Assembly (NCBI GenBank): GCA_963781585.1
Contig: CAWAGQ010000010.1
Location: forward strand, 32,001-96,000
Direction of reading: 5' to 3'
Source: an uncultured Gemmatimonadaceae bacterium
GTDB lineage: Bacteria; Gemmatimonadota; Gemmatimonadetes; Gemmatimonadales; Gemmatimonadaceae
Length of the DNA: 64,000 nt
Part shown: piece by piece, positions 1-12,029 of the stretch
Position numbering within the stretch: the stretch's first letter is position 1
Layout of the letters: each line of letters starts with the position of its first letter
Program-made: the position numbers and the translations under genes
The notes under the pieces: model-generated
The model's database searches: none
What the model was told of the DNA's origin: nothing
What the model saw: the letters and a program-made list of their open reading frames with translations, nothing else

Positions 1-438
1 CTGGTCCGGAACGATCTCTTCCTGCACCAGGCGGACAGCGCCCACGTGCAGCTGGATTCCACCGAGTTGGCGTCCATTCGCCAGGCCTTCCGCATCATGC
101 TGATCAATTCCTGGCGGGGACTGCGGGTGGAGCCGGCGCTCCTGCGCGACAGCGCGAAGACGGTTCCGGAGCGGGAACGTCTGGCGGCGGCCAAGGTCGA
201 TGCCTTCATGGACCGGCTCATGCAGCAGCAGGAGCAGTACGTGGATGTTCAGACGCCGCTGTCGAACGCGCTCAATGAGAAGTACGACGCGAAGGTCAAC
301 ACCGTGGGTCTGGAACGGGCCGTCGCCACAGCCCAGAAGATCCGTGCGGCCGCGGATTCGGCGCAGACCAAGGGACAACCCAAGTCTGCGGTCCCGATGC
401 CCCCCACGCCGCGCGATACCGGCGGCAAGAAGAATTGA
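1..438 (+). CDS. Partial CDS (C-terminus), possibly a PpiC/SurA-like foldase
   Basis: Frame is open from base 1 (LVRNDLFLHQADSAHVQLDS...) to TGA at 436-438. Helical, with a Pro-rich tail, and directly upstream of surA. Product is inferred from context only. Confidence 0.5.
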   Translation: MVRNDLFLHQADSAHVQLDSTELASIRQAFRIMLINSWRGLRVEPALLRDSAKTVPERERLAAAKVDAFMDRLMQQQEQYVDVQTPLSNALNEKYDAKVNTVGLERAVATAQKIRAAADSAQTKGQPKSAVPMPPTPRDTGGKKN

Positions 439-444
439 CCGGCT

Positions 445-483
445 GCGCGCGCCGCCTGCGTGAGCGTCGCAGGCGGCGCGCGC
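445..483. terminator. GC-rich hairpin (16-bp stem, 7-nt loop)
   Basis: gcgcgcgccgcctgcg-tgagcgt-cgcaggcggcgcgcgc just after the stop codon. No U-tract. Confidence 0.5.
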
Positions 484-526
484 CGCGGCGCGAACCTTCG
501 ACGTTCGTCACGGGTAGTCCTCAGCG

Positions 527-1906
527 ATGAAACACGCCGAATTACTTCTGGCCGCGATGTTCTGCGCGGCGTCGCTGCCGGCGCAGCAGCCCCAGCCGGC
601 CGGCGGCGAGAAGTCGCTGGACCGGATCGTGGCGGTGGTCGGCGGCACGCCGATCCTGTGGAGCGATGTTCAGGAAGTGATCCTGCAGCGGCAAGCGTCG
701 GGTGCCTCCTTCCCCGATGATTCCGCCGGCCAGCTCGCGGTCATCAAGCAGATCGTCTCCGATCTGGTGGACGAAGAGCTGCTGGTCGAGCGGGCGTCAT
801 CCGACACCAGCATCACCGTCGCCGATTCGGATCTGGCGAACACCGTCGAACAACAGGTGAAGCAGATCCGATCGCAGATGTCGAGCGATCAGGAGTTCCT
901 GAACGCGCTGCGCGGAAGCGGTTTCGGGAGCGAGGAAGAATACCGGCGCTGGCTGACCGAACAGGCGCGCCGACGCGAGCTGCAGCAGCGGTACGTCGCC
1001 AGGCTCCAGCGTGACGGGAAGATGATCAACGTAGCCGTGAGCGATGCCGACGTGACCGACGCGTACCAGTCGATGAAGGCCAAGGGCACGCTCCCCAAGC
1101 GCCCGCCCTCGGTCACGTTCAAGCAAATCGTCATTCCCACCACTGCGTCGCCCGCGGCCCGGGCGGTCGCGCGCGCCAGGGCGGAGTCGCTGCTCGTACT
1201 GATCCGCCACGGCGCGGATTTCGAGCAGCTGGCCAAACGTGAGTCCATGGATTCGGTGACCCGGGAGCAGGGCGGCGATCTTGGCTGGAACCGTCGTGAA
1301 GCCATGGTCCCCGCTTTTGCGAACGTCATGTTCTCGCTGCCCCCGGGGCAGGTGGGGCCGGTGACCGAGACCCAGTATGGTTTTCACATCATCAAGGTCG
1401 ACCGGGCCAAGCCTACCGAGGTCAAGGCGCGCCACATTCTCATCCGCCCCACGATCGATTCCAGCGACATCGCGCGCGCCGGCGCCCTGGCCGACAGCGT
1501 GCTCGCGCTCTGGAAGGCAGGTGTGCCGTACGATACCCTGTTCCGGAAATTCCACGACCATGACGAGACGGAAGGGAGTCTCGATCCCTTTCCGATCGAC
1601 AAGCTGCCGGAATCATATCGGACCGCGTTCGACGGGATTCACAACGGCGACTTCGTGCGGCCCTTCGCCATCAACGACCCGCAGCGCGGCGTTCCCAAAT
1701 TCGTGATCGCCCAGCTGATCGATGTCAGCCAGGCCGGGGACTACACACTTCCCGATCTGCGGGACCAGATCCGCCAGCAACTGCAGAACGAGCGCTCATA
1801 CCGCCGGTTGATCGACACGCTGAAGCAGGAGACGTTCGTCTCGATCAACATCGAGGGAGCGGCGGGAATCAAGGCGCCGCCCGCCAAGGGCCGCCCGCCC
1901 CGCTGA
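527..1906 (+). CDS. surA: SurA-like periplasmic peptidyl-prolyl cis-trans isomerase/chaperone
   Basis: Signal peptide; SurA N-domain (LDRIVAVVG...ILWSDV); parvulin motifs (FEQLAKRESMD...GGDLGW, ETQYGFHIIKV, VKARHILI); adjacent to pdxA as in many bacteria. Confidence 0.88.
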   Translation: MKHAELLLAAMFCAASLPAQQPQPAGGEKSLDRIVAVVGGTPILWSDVQEVILQRQASGASFPDDSAGQLAVIKQIVSDLVDEELLVERASSDTSITVADSDLANTVEQQVKQIRSQMSSDQEFLNALRGSGFGSEEEYRRWLTEQARRRELQQRYVARLQRDGKMINVAVSDADVTDAYQSMKAKGTLPKRPPSVTFKQIVIPTTASPAARAVARARAESLLVLIRHGADFEQLAKRESMDSVTREQGGDLGWNRREAMVPAFANVMFSLPPGQVGPVTETQYGFHIIKVDRAKPTEVKARHILIRPTIDSSDIARAGALADSVLALWKAGVPYDTLFRKFHDHDETEGSLDPFPIDKLPESYRTAFDGIHNGDFVRPFAINDPQRGVPKFVIAQLIDVSQAGDYTLPDLRDQIRQQLQNERSYRRLIDTLKQETFVSINIEGAAGIKAPPAKGRPPR

Positions 1907-1931
1907 TCGCCGCCGGGGCGCTCACCGCCGC

Positions 1932-2849
1932 GTGCCAAGCCCGTCCCCCCGCCCCCGCCTCGCCGTTACGTTAGGCGACCCCCGCGGCATCGGACCCGAG
2001 GTGGTGGCCCGGGCGCTCGCGGACCCTCGCGTGGCGGGGGCCTGCGACCATGTGGTGATCGGGCCCGAGGGAACGGAAACGCCGGTGGGCCTGGCGGTGG
2101 GCACCTGGACCCGCTCCGCGCATCGCGCGGAGGCCGGACGGCTGGCGGGGCAGGCCATCGAACGCGCCGTTGCGCTCGCCGTCACTGGTGAGGTGGACGG
2201 CATCGTCACCGGTCCGATCGACAAGGCCGCCCTCCTCGAGGGGGGCTACGACTATCCGGGTCACACGGAGATGCTCGCCGCCCTGACCGGCGCCGAAGTG
2301 GCGATGATGCTCGCCTCCAACCGGCTCCGCGTCGTCCTGGCCACCACCCACGTCGCACTGCGCGACGTCCCCGCGCTGGTCACTGTCCCATGCCTGGTGC
2401 GCACCGCCGCCCTCACCCGGGAATACCTCGAGCGGTGGTTCGACATTCCGCGTCCGCGCATCGCACTCTGCGCGCTCAATCCCCACGCCGGTGACGCCGG
2501 CCGATTCGGACGCGAGGACGACGAAATCCTCGCGCCGGCCGCCCGGGCGGCCCGGATCGCGGGACCGTTCCCGGCCGACACCGTCTTCGTGCGGGCGCTG
2601 CGCGGTGAGTTCGATGCCGTCATCGCGCCCTACCATGATGTGGGCATGACGGCCATCAAGGTGGCGTCGTTCGGGCAGGCGGTGAATGTCACGCTCGGCC
2701 TTCCGTTTCCCCGCACGTCGCCGGACCATGGCACCGCGCTCGACATCGCCGGACAGGGAATCGCCGACGCCGCGAGCATGGTTGAGGCCGTGCTGCTGTG
2801 CGCGGCGATCGCGTCGCGCGTAAGGGAGTCGGCACCGGGCCGCGTATAG
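1932..2849 (+). CDS. pdxA: 4-hydroxythreonine-4-phosphate dehydrogenase PdxA
   Basis: Motifs TLGDPRGIGPE, GHTEMLA, LNPHAG, GPFPADT, YHDVG, NVTLGLPFPRTSPDHGTA. Confidence 0.95.
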   Translation: MPSPSPRPRLAVTLGDPRGIGPEVVARALADPRVAGACDHVVIGPEGTETPVGLAVGTWTRSAHRAEAGRLAGQAIERAVALAVTGEVDGIVTGPIDKAALLEGGYDYPGHTEMLAALTGAEVAMMLASNRLRVVLATTHVALRDVPALVTVPCLVRTAALTREYLERWFDIPRPRIALCALNPHAGDAGRFGREDDEILAPAARAARIAGPFPADTVFVRALRGEFDAVIAPYHDVGMTAIKVASFGQAVNVTLGLPFPRTSPDHGTALDIAGQGIADAASMVEAVLLCAAIASRVRESAPGRV

Positions 2850-2870
2850 TCCGCAGGTTGGCGGATCGAC

Positions 2871-4211
2871 TCACGGGCGCCGCGAGCCGCCGTCCGGCGT
2901 TGCCGCCCCGGGCGCGGCGACGTTCGGCTCGCGGCGCAGGGCCACGGTCTCGATCCGCCGGCCGTCCATCTCCCGGACCGTGAACGTGGTCCCGTTCACA
3001 CTCACATGGTCTCCCACCGCCGGCAGCCTGCCTAACGCTCCGAAAACATACCCGCCGATGGTCGTATAGTCGTCGTCGGGCACCGACAGCCCATACTGCT
3101 CGTTGACGTCGGTGATGTGCGTGGCCCCGGGAATCAGTGCCTCGCCGGCCGCCGAGGAGGCAGCACGCGCTTCGGGCTCGTCGTATTCATCGAGGATCTC
3201 GCCCACGATTTCCTCGAGCAGGTCTTCCATGGTCACCACGCCGGCCGTTCCCCCGAACTCATCGAGCACCACCGCCATGTGCTCCTTGAGTCGCTTGAAG
3301 TCGGCGAGAACGTCCTCTACTTCGCGCGATCCCGGCACCACGTGGACACGCCGCATGATCGACGCCACCGTGAATCCCCGCGGGTCGCGCCGCAACACCC
3401 GCAGCAGGTCCTTCGCCAGAACCAGACCCACCACGTTGTCGATGCTCCCGTCGTAGACCGGATAACGCGAGAAGTTGCTCTCCTCGACGATCGCGAGCGC
3501 GTCATCGAGCGACGCGTCGAGCGGAATGCCGACCACCTCGGTCCGGGGGGTCATCACCTCCCGCGCGTTCTTCTCCGAGAACTCGAACACGCCCTCGATG
3601 AGCTGGGCATCCTGCCGCTCGATCGCTCCGCCGACCTCGCTCTGTTCCACCAGCATCCGCAATTCCTCCGGCGAGTGAACCGCCTCGGGCGCGACATCGA
3701 CGCGCTGATGCGCCGCCCGGAGCACGGCCGCCGCCGCGTGGTTCAGCACCCAGGTGAACGGACGGGTGAGCCAGGCGAACGCCAGCAGCGGCGGCGCGAG
3801 CCACTTCGCGAATTCTTCCGGATGATTGAGCGCCATGGCGCGCGGCGCGAGCTCGCCGAACACAACGTGCAGAAAGGTGGCCAGCGCCAGCGCCAGCACG
3901 GCGGCCACCGTCAGCCGCACCGCCTCCTCGAGTCCCAGCGGGAGGGCGGTCAGCCACCCGGCGAATGTGTCCCCGAGTGCGCTTTCCGCCACCCAACCCA
4001 GCGCCAGGCTGGCCAGCGTGATCCCCAGTTGGCTTGCCGAGAGAACGCGCACGAGATTATTGGTGGCGTAGCGAGCCACCTGGGCCAGCCGGTCGCCGGC
4101 ACGAACCATCGACTCCAGCCGGATCCGGCGCGACCGGACGAGCGCAAACTCGGCGGCGACGAAGAACCCGTTCAACAGGAGCAGGATGATGATGGCGGCG
4201 AGCCGGCCCAT
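2871..4211 (-). CDS. Hemolysin-family/CNNM (DUF21)-CBS-CorC transporter-associated protein
   Basis: Motifs NGFFVAAEFALV, QLGITLASLALGW, FGELAP; CBS pair (VMTPR, SRYPV, VLDEFGGTAGVVTMEDLLEEIVGEI); CorC_HlyC tail (YTTIGG). Start moved to ATG 4211. Confidence 0.9.
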   Translation of the reverse strand: MGRLAAIIILLLLNGFFVAAEFALVRSRRIRLESMVRAGDRLAQVARYATNNLVRVLSASQLGITLASLALGWVAESALGDTFAGWLTALPLGLEEAVRLTVAAVLALALATFLHVVFGELAPRAMALNHPEEFAKWLAPPLLAFAWLTRPFTWVLNHAAAAVLRAAHQRVDVAPEAVHSPEELRMLVEQSEVGGAIERQDAQLIEGVFEFSEKNAREVMTPRTEVVGIPLDASLDDALAIVEESNFSRYPVYDGSIDNVVGLVLAKDLLRVLRRDPRGFTVASIMRRVHVVPGSREVEDVLADFKRLKEHMAVVLDEFGGTAGVVTMEDLLEEIVGEILDEYDEPEARAASSAAGEALIPGATHITDVNEQYGLSVPDDDYTTIGGYVFGALGRLPAVGDHVSVNGTTFTVREMDGRRIETVALRREPNVAAPGAATPDGGSRRP

Positions 4212-4249
4212 TTCGCCCGGAACATACCGAACGCGGTAACGCCTCGTAA

Positions 4250-5206
4250 ATGGCGCACCAATCCTCCACGTCCCAGGGCTCGACGCACACCGGACCCCAC
4301 CGGCACCACCGCCACACGCCCGGACGGGCGCGTCGGGCGCCGCCGGACGAGCCGAGGCAGCAGTCACGCCTGCGCCTGGCGCTGGTGCTCACGGCCCTGT
4401 TCCTGGTGGCCGAGGTGGTGGGCGGGTTTCTGTCGAACTCGCTGGCGCTGCTCGCCGATGCGGGTCACATGCTCACCGACGTGGGCGCGCTGTCGCTTTC
4501 CCTGTTCGTCTTCTGGTTCAGCCGGCAGCCGGCATCGCCCGGGAAGACCTACGGCTATCTGCGCTGGGAGATCCTGGCGGCCTTTCTGAACGGGGCGTTG
4601 CTGCTGGTCGTCTCGGCAGCCATCGTCTGGCAGGCACTGTTGCGCCTGCGCGCCCCGACGCCCATCGGCGGCAACCTGATGCTCGGTGTGGCGCTGGGCG
4701 GTCTGCTGGTGAACGCGGTCTCGGCGTGGGTGCTGCACCCGGTGCACGGACACAGCCTCAACACGCGCGGCGCCTACGTCCACGTGCTCGGCGATCTGCT
4801 GGGATCGATCGGCACGGTGGTGGCGGCGATGATCATCCGCACCACCGGCTGGCTGGCGGCCGACCCGATCGCGTCGCTTCTGGTGACGTTGCTGGTGGTA
4901 CGGTCGGCCTGGACGCTGGTACGCGAATCGGTCGACGTGCTGCTCGAGTCCACTCCATCGCACATCTCGTTAGGCGCCGTACGCACGCGCCTCGAGGCCA
5001 TCGCCGGCGTGGAGTCGGTGCACGATCTGCACGTCTGGACGGTCACGTCGGGCATGATCGCGATGAGCGCCCATGCGATCGTTCGCGAGCCCCGGGAAAA
5101 CCAGCAGGTGCTGGAGGCCGCCGTGCGCGAGATGGAGGGCATGGGCATCCGCCACGTCACCATGCAACTGGAGCGGCAGGAGATGTGCGCGGAACCGCAC
5201 CCCTGA
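4250..5206 (+). CDS. Cation diffusion facilitator (CzcD/ZitB-like Zn/Co/Cd efflux)
   Basis: His-rich N-terminus; motifs SLALLADAGHMLTD, HVLGD, ADPIAS, VHDLHVW; six hydrophobic segments. Confidence 0.92.
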   Translation: MAHQSSTSQGSTHTGPHRHHRHTPGRARRAPPDEPRQQSRLRLALVLTALFLVAEVVGGFLSNSLALLADAGHMLTDVGALSLSLFVFWFSRQPASPGKTYGYLRWEILAAFLNGALLLVVSAAIVWQALLRLRAPTPIGGNLMLGVALGGLLVNAVSAWVLHPVHGHSLNTRGAYVHVLGDLLGSIGTVVAAMIIRTTGWLAADPIASLLVTLLVVRSAWTLVRESVDVLLESTPSHISLGAVRTRLEAIAGVESVHDLHVWTVTSGMIAMSAHAIVREPRENQQVLEAAVREMEGMGIRHVTMQLERQEMCAEPHP

Positions 5207-5446
5207 GACCGGGCGGGCCGCGTGTGGCGGGCTTCACCCGCGTCGTGTGGCCGGGAGGTGAGCGCGACCGCCACGTCGCCCGAGACGAGGCGCGCGCCGG
5301 CGCCCAACCAGGGGAATGCCATGGGGTTGCCGCCTCCAGTGCGTCGAGGAGGCTAGCGGCTTGCCGGGACCAGCTACCGCCTCGTCCACGGTGACCGGCG
5401 CCTCCGGTCGGGCGTCCTTCGATTAGCCGAAATCCGCCCCCCGCCA

Positions 5447-5938
5447 ATGGATATGCAAACACACGCAAACGAGTTCTACATAGAGAAGATTCGCATGCCG
5501 GTCGCGCTGACGCTGACCGGGGGCGAATCGCTCAGGGGCGAGCTGTTCATTCAGGCGAGCGCGCGCAATCTCTCCGCGCTCGAAGACGCGCCGGAGTTCA
5601 TGAACTCCTCCGAACCGTTCTTTCCGCTGCGCCTGCCGGATGGCGAGACGCTTCTCATCTCCAAGAGCCACGTCCTGACAGTCCACGTGGAACGCGAGTT
5701 CGCGGCCAGCGTGGAATGGGCGTTCGGCGACAGGGTGTCCGTCGAGGTCGCCATGCAGGGCGGAGCCACCCACCACGGCCACCTGCAGGTGGAACACTAC
5801 GTCGGCCATGCGCGCGTGCTCGACTACCTCAACCGGGGGAGCGAGCCGTTCATTCTGCTGCTGCGCGAAACCGAAGTGCTGCTGCTGAACCGCCGCCACA
5901 TCGCCTTCGTCCGGCCGGTCGACGATGCCACAACTTGA
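5447..5938 (+). CDS. Hypothetical protein with two internal repeat halves (DUF6812-like), translationally coupled to pilT
   Basis: The halves resemble each other (FMNSSEPFFPL...LLISKSHVLTV and YLNRGSEPFILL...LLLNRRHIAFV). Overlaps the pilT start by 14 nt. Confidence 0.65.
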   Translation: MDMQTHANEFYIEKIRMPVALTLTGGESLRGELFIQASARNLSALEDAPEFMNSSEPFFPLRLPDGETLLISKSHVLTVHVEREFAASVEWAFGDRVSVEVAMQGGATHHGHLQVEHYVGHARVLDYLNRGSEPFILLLRETEVLLLNRRHIAFVRPVDDATT

Positions 5939-7499
5939 CCGGCTGCTGTCGGTTCTCTCGCAGAATCGGGGCGACAGCCTGCGCATCTCACAGGACGATC
6001 ACGCGCGCATGATCAAGGGCACCGCCGAGCATCCGGTAACCCGGCAGCCTCTGAGCGGGGTCCAGTTGCTCGCGCTTCTGCGCGAAGTCGCGCCGGCCGA
6101 GGTTGCGCAGCGACTGCAGAGCGGTGGCGACGCGCAGTTCGAATACGCGTTCGGAAACGAGACCTTCGTCGCGAACATCAGTTTTGCCGGCGGTCGGCTG
6201 ACCGCTGCCGTGCGGCCCAAGCCGCCGTACGCGCGGGAAAACGGGAACGGTGCAACGACGGTCGGCCACGAGGCATCGGGCGCGACACAGGAGGCCGACC
6301 CAGTGGCGGACGCCGAGGCGCGGAGCGCCCTGGACGCGCTGCTGCGTCACCAGATGGAGCGCGGGGCGTCGGACCTGCACCTTCGAAGCGGCGAGCGCGC
6401 GCTGCTGCGCGTGGACGGCGACATCGCCGTCGTCGAGGGCGGCGAGCCGCTGGAGAACGACCGACTGGAGCGGATGCTCTTCGCCATGATGCCGGACCGC
6501 AATCGACGCGAGTACCAGGAGTTGAACGACACCGACCTCGCGTACGATCTGGCTGGCGCGGGTCGATTCCGCGTCAACGTCTTCCGCGACCGGCGCGGCA
6601 TCGGCGCGGTGATGCGCGCGATTCCCTCGCGGGTCGTCACCGCCGATGAACTTGGCCTGAGCGCCGAACTGCAGGCCTTGTGCTCGCTGTCCAAGGGACT
6701 GGTGCTCGTCACCGGACCAACCGGCAGCGGAAAGTCCACCACGCTGTGCGGGCTCATCGATCTGGTGAATCGCACGCGCCGTGACCACATCGTGACCATC
6801 GAGGATCCAATCGAATTCGTGCACCAGAGCAAGGGTTGCCTGTTGACGCAGCGACAGGTCGGGGTGCACACCTCGTCGTTCAAACACGCCTTGCGTGCGA
6901 CACTGCGCGAAGACCCCGATGTGGTCCTGGTCGGCGAACTGCGCGACCTGGAGACGGTCTCGATCGCGATCGAGACGGCCGAGACCGGCCACCTGGTGTT
7001 CGGCACGCTGCACACGTCGACAGCCGCCGGCACCGTCGATCGCGTCATCGGTCAATTCCCCACCGACCGTCAGGAGCAGATCAGGGTGATGCTGGCCGAG
7101 TCGCTGAAGGGAGTCCTCTCGCAGACCCTGTGTCGCAAGATCGGCGGTGGGCGCGTGGCCGCGATGGAGATCCTGCTGGCCACTCCCGCGGTGTCGAACC
7201 TCATCCGCGAGGGGAAGACGTTCCAGATCCCGTCTGTGATGCAAACATCGCGACGGATGGGAATGGTCACCATGCACGATGCGTTGCTGGAACTGGTGGA
7301 ATCGGGCACGATCGAGGCCCACGAGGCGTTGGCGAAGGCCACGGACAAGTCGGCCATGGCGCAGGCGCTGAAGACCCGCGGCCTCGATGTCCCCGCTGGT
7401 GAGGGAGAGACTCCGCCCGAGAAGACGGGAAGCGGCGTACGCTACGACTCGGGCATCAACGCCCGAACCCCGATGCCCAGGCCCGGGATGAAGCGGTAA
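5925..7499 (+). CDS. pilT: Type IV pilus retraction ATPase PilT/PilU family, with an extra N-terminal domain
   Basis: GASDLHL; Walker [10 protein letters not shown]; Asp box TIEDPIE; Walker B VLVGE; His box [17 protein letters not shown] (AIRNLIRE variant). Confidence 0.9.
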   Translation: MPQLDRLLSVLSQNRGDSLRISQDDHARMIKGTAEHPVTRQPLSGVQLLALLREVAPAEVAQRLQSGGDAQFEYAFGNETFVANISFAGGRLTAAVRPKPPYARENGNGATTVGHEASGATQEADPVADAEARSALDALLRHQMERGASDLHLRSGERALLRVDGDIAVVEGGEPLENDRLERMLFAMMPDRNRREYQELNDTDLAYDLAGAGRFRVNVFRDRRGIGAVMRAIPSRVVTADELGLSAELQALCSLSKGLVLVTGPTGSGKSTTLCGLIDLVNRTRRDHIVTIEDPIEFVHQSKGCLLTQRQVGVHTSSFKHALRATLREDPDVVLVGELRDLETVSIAIETAETGHLVFGTLHTSTAAGTVDRVIGQFPTDRQEQIRVMLAESLKGVLSQTLCRKIGGGRVAAMEILLATPAVSNLIREGKTFQIPSVMQTSRRMGMVTMHDALLELVESGTIEAHEALAKATDKSAMAQALKTRGLDVPAGEGETPPEKTGSGVRYDSGINARTPMPRPGMKR

Positions 7500-7603
7500 G
7501 CCGGTCGCCGGCTGGAAGACGGCGAGCGGTCGGCCGGTCGCGGGCAGGAAAACGGCGCCCGATGGTGGGCGCCGCGGTGACGTGCAGGGAACACGTGCGG
7601 GTG

Positions 7604-7795
7604 CTAGCTGCTTTTCCGGTCCGGGGGGTCCTCGTCGGGCGACGACCGGTCGTCCAGTTCGCCGCGCGTCTTGGAGTATTCGTCGCGTTGGCTATACCCG
7701 TATCCGTCGAATACCTCGCCTCCTCGCATGTAGTCGTGGCCGTACCCGCGGCCGTGAGGATAGCTGCCTTTCGAGGACTCCGGATGCTGGTGCAT
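7604..7795 (-). CDS. Small hydrophilic Gly/Tyr/Asp-rich hypothetical protein (63 aa)
   Basis: ATG is preceded by a perfect AGGAGGT Shine-Dalgarno at 5-nt spacing. Fills the otherwise empty pilT-typA gap. Confidence 0.55.
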   Translation of the reverse strand: MHQHPESSKGSYPHGRGYGHDYMRGGEVFDGYGYSQRDEYSKTRGELDDRSSPDEDPPDRKSS

Positions 7796-7897
7796 GGGAC
7801 ACCTCCTGCGGTAACGAGTCCAACCGCACGGTGCGCATTCCGCGCGGCGCCGGCAAGTGCTTGTATCGGTTCACGTGCCCGGTCATACTTCAAGGCT

Positions 7898-9733
7898 ATG
7901 CAGATCCGAAACATCGCCATCATCGCGCACGTCGATCACGGCAAGACCACCCTCGTCGACAAGATGTTACGTCAAGCGGGGGCATTTCGCGAGAATCAGA
8001 TCGTAGAAGAGCGGGTCATGGACTCGAACCCGCTCGAGCGGGAACGCGGTATCACGATTCTCGCCAAGAACACGGCCGTGCGTTGGCATGGCACGAAGAT
8101 CAACATCGTCGATACGCCGGGGCACTCGGATTTCGGCGGAGAGGTGGAGCGGATCATGCGTATGGTGGACGGTGTGCTGCTGGTGGTCGACGCCTTCGAC
8201 GGTCCCATGCCGCAGACGCGGTTCGTGCTGAGGAAGGCGCTTGAGCTTGGCCGTACGCCGATCGTGGTGATCAACAAGATCGATCGGTCGGGGGCTGATC
8301 CGCTCCGTGTCCACGACGAAGTGCTGGACCTCTTCATCGACCTCGAAGCCGATGCCGCTCAGCTCGACGCGCCGGTCCTCTACGCGTCGGCGCGGGAGGG
8401 GGTCGCGACCACGGACCTGGCGCAGCCGCCGACGAATCTCGAGCCGCTGTTCGAGGCGATCGTCCGGCACGTGCCGGCGCCGCCGAGCGATGCCGAGGGG
8501 CCGTTCCAGTTGCTGGTATCGACGCTCGACCATTCGCCGTACCTCGGGCGGCTGGCGATCGGCCGCATCGAGCGCGGAACCGTTCGGGTGGGTGAAGTGG
8601 TGGCCCTGCTGCCGCTGGACCCCGCGCGGGTGGCGGAAACCGCGAAGGTGACGAGGCTCTACACCCACGAGGGCCTCGAGCGCCTCGATGTCGAGTCCGC
8701 ATCGGCGGGCGACATCGTCGCGCTGGCGGGACTGGAGGGGGTGGAGATCGGTCTCACCGTGACGCACGTCGAACACCAGGAGCGGCTGGCCGGAATCGCT
8801 GTTGAGGAGCCGACCATCTCGGTGGACTTCGTGGTGAACAACTCGCCGTTCGCGGGTCGCGAGGGGCGGTTCATCACGTCGCGGCAGCTTCGCGAGCGGC
8901 TGTATCGCGAGCTCGAGCGCAACGTCGCGCTGCGCGTGGAGGACACCGACGCGACCGATACCTGGACCGTGTCCGGACGCGGCGAGCTGCACCTGTCGAT
9001 CCTGATGGAGACGATGCGGCGCGAGGGATACGAGTTCCAGGTGTCGCGTCCGCGGGTGATCACGCGCGAGGGGCCTAACGGCGAGCGGCTGGAGCCGTAC
9101 GAGGAACTGACGGTCGACGTGCCCGAGACCTACCTCGGCGCGGTGATCGAACGCCTGGGTGGCCGACGCGCCGAGCTGCTCGACATGCGCAATCCGGGGC
9201 AGGGGAACGTGCGCCTGCGTTACGCCATTCCGGCGCGCGGGCTGTTCGGCTATCGGAGCGAGTTTCTCACCGACACCCGCGGCACCGGCGTCATCCACCA
9301 CCGCTTCTATCACTATGGACCGTGGGCCGGACCGATTCCGGGACGGACGCGCGGCGCGCTGGTGTCGATGGAGAACGGGATCGCGGTGGGGTTTGCGCTG
9401 TTCAATCTGCAGGAACGCTCGACCCTGTTCGTGGCGCCCGGGACGGCGGTCTATGAAGGGATGATCGTGGGAGAGAACTCGCGTCCCGGCGACATGGACG
9501 TCAATCCTACCAAGGAAAAAAAGCTGACGAACATGCGGACGAAGGCGAGTGACGAGAACATTCAGCTGGAGCCACCGCGGGAGTTGACGCTGGAAGGAGC
9601 GCTGGAGTATATCGAGGACGACGAGCTGATCGAAGTGACGCCGCACTCGATCCGTCTCCGCAAGCGGTTGCTGAGCCTGAACGACAGAAAGAAGCTCTCG
9701 CGTGAACAGAAGCGCGAGCGCGCGCTGGTCTAA
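7898..9733 (+). CDS. typA: Translational GTPase TypA/BipA
   Basis: Motifs [82 protein letters not shown]. Start moved to ATG 7898. Confidence 0.97.
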   Translation: MQIRNIAIIAHVDHGKTTLVDKMLRQAGAFRENQIVEERVMDSNPLERERGITILAKNTAVRWHGTKINIVDTPGHSDFGGEVERIMRMVDGVLLVVDAFDGPMPQTRFVLRKALELGRTPIVVINKIDRSGADPLRVHDEVLDLFIDLEADAAQLDAPVLYASAREGVATTDLAQPPTNLEPLFEAIVRHVPAPPSDAEGPFQLLVSTLDHSPYLGRLAIGRIERGTVRVGEVVALLPLDPARVAETAKVTRLYTHEGLERLDVESASAGDIVALAGLEGVEIGLTVTHVEHQERLAGIAVEEPTISVDFVVNNSPFAGREGRFITSRQLRERLYRELERNVALRVEDTDATDTWTVSGRGELHLSILMETMRREGYEFQVSRPRVITREGPNGERLEPYEELTVDVPETYLGAVIERLGGRRAELLDMRNPGQGNVRLRYAIPARGLFGYRSEFLTDTRGTGVIHHRFYHYGPWAGPIPGRTRGALVSMENGIAVGFALFNLQERSTLFVAPGTAVYEGMIVGENSRPGDMDVNPTKEKKLTNMRTKASDENIQLEPPRELTLEGALEYIEDDELIEVTPHSIRLRKRLLSLNDRKKLSREQKRERALV

Positions 9734-9753
9734 CCTTCCACGGAGACCCTGGT

Positions 9754-10113
9754 ATGCGGGACGAGTTCGAATCGTCGGAGCAATCCGGCGAGGTGCGGCG
9801 TGTGGACTGCGCGGCGCGGTTCACGCCGCCTCGCGAGGGCGATGAGGACTTCGACGACGACACGGATACGGACGACGATCTCGACGACGACGACGGTGAA
9901 TTCGACGATTCCGAGAATCTCGAATTCGACGACGATCTCGACGCCGATGACGAGAACGATGACGACTCGGAGGGGGACGACGCGGAGGATGATGACGACG
10001 ACGACGAATTCGACAGCGACTTCGACGAAGATCTCATCGACCTCGACGACGAGTACGATGACTTCGATGAGGAGGACCGGCACAAGCCGGGCCACCATCG
10101 GGACGAGGATTAG
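9754..10113 (+). CDS. Highly acidic low-complexity hypothetical protein (about 55% Asp/Glu)
   Basis: GGAG upstream of the ATG; begins 20 nt after the typA stop; strong GAC/GAT/GAA codon periodicity. Confidence 0.6.
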   Translation: MRDEFESSEQSGEVRRVDCAARFTPPREGDEDFDDDTDTDDDLDDDDGEFDDSENLEFDDDLDADDENDDDSEGDDAEDDDDDDEFDSDFDEDLIDLDDEYDDFDEEDRHKPGHHRDED

Positions 10114-10170
10114 GGGAAAGGGCCATCCGTCATGGGCCACCGGCCACGTCCCCCGAGCGCTTCCGCCCGC

Positions 10171-10198
10171 TTGATTCGCCGCCCGGTCCCCTTAGTTT
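10171..10198 (+). promoter_or_regulatory. Putative rRNA promoter (sigma70-like)
   Basis: TTGATT, 16-bp spacer, TAGTTT, then a GC-rich stretch, about 190 nt upstream of the 16S gene. Confidence 0.55.
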
Positions 10199-10248
10199 TG
10201 ACGTCCCGCTGACGCAGGTCGGCGGGACGTGGTGTTCGGTGGATCACC

Positions 10249-10274
10249 GGTTGTTTGACAATCGAGCGTGTGCG
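10249..10274 (+). promoter_or_regulatory. boxA-like antitermination element and 5' arm of the 16S processing stem
   Basis: GGTTGTTTGACAAT resembles boxA. ATCGAGCGTGTGCG (10261-10274) is the exact reverse complement of 12004-12017. Confidence 0.6.
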
Positions 10275-10381
10275 TGTGGGGTTCTCGCCGATCCGCTGCG
10301 ATCGTGCGCAGCGGGGAGAGTCGAGACACGATGGATTCGGGGCGCGGTCCACGATCGCGCCCGCATGAGCTACATCGAACT

Positions 10382-11920
<1,539 letters not shown>

Positions 11921-12029
11921 ACGGAGCAGGCGAGTAGGACTCGGCGCCTAACGAACATGGTTCGGGGCGCCGGCCGAAAGCGGCTCACCAGTCGCACCCC
12001 GCCCGCACACGCTCGATGCTACTTTACGG

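Noticed and set aside
7562..7897. 112-aa N-terminal extension of TypA
   Set aside because: The family consensus begins at [11 protein letters not shown] (7898), and the extension overlaps a better-supported small minus-strand gene.
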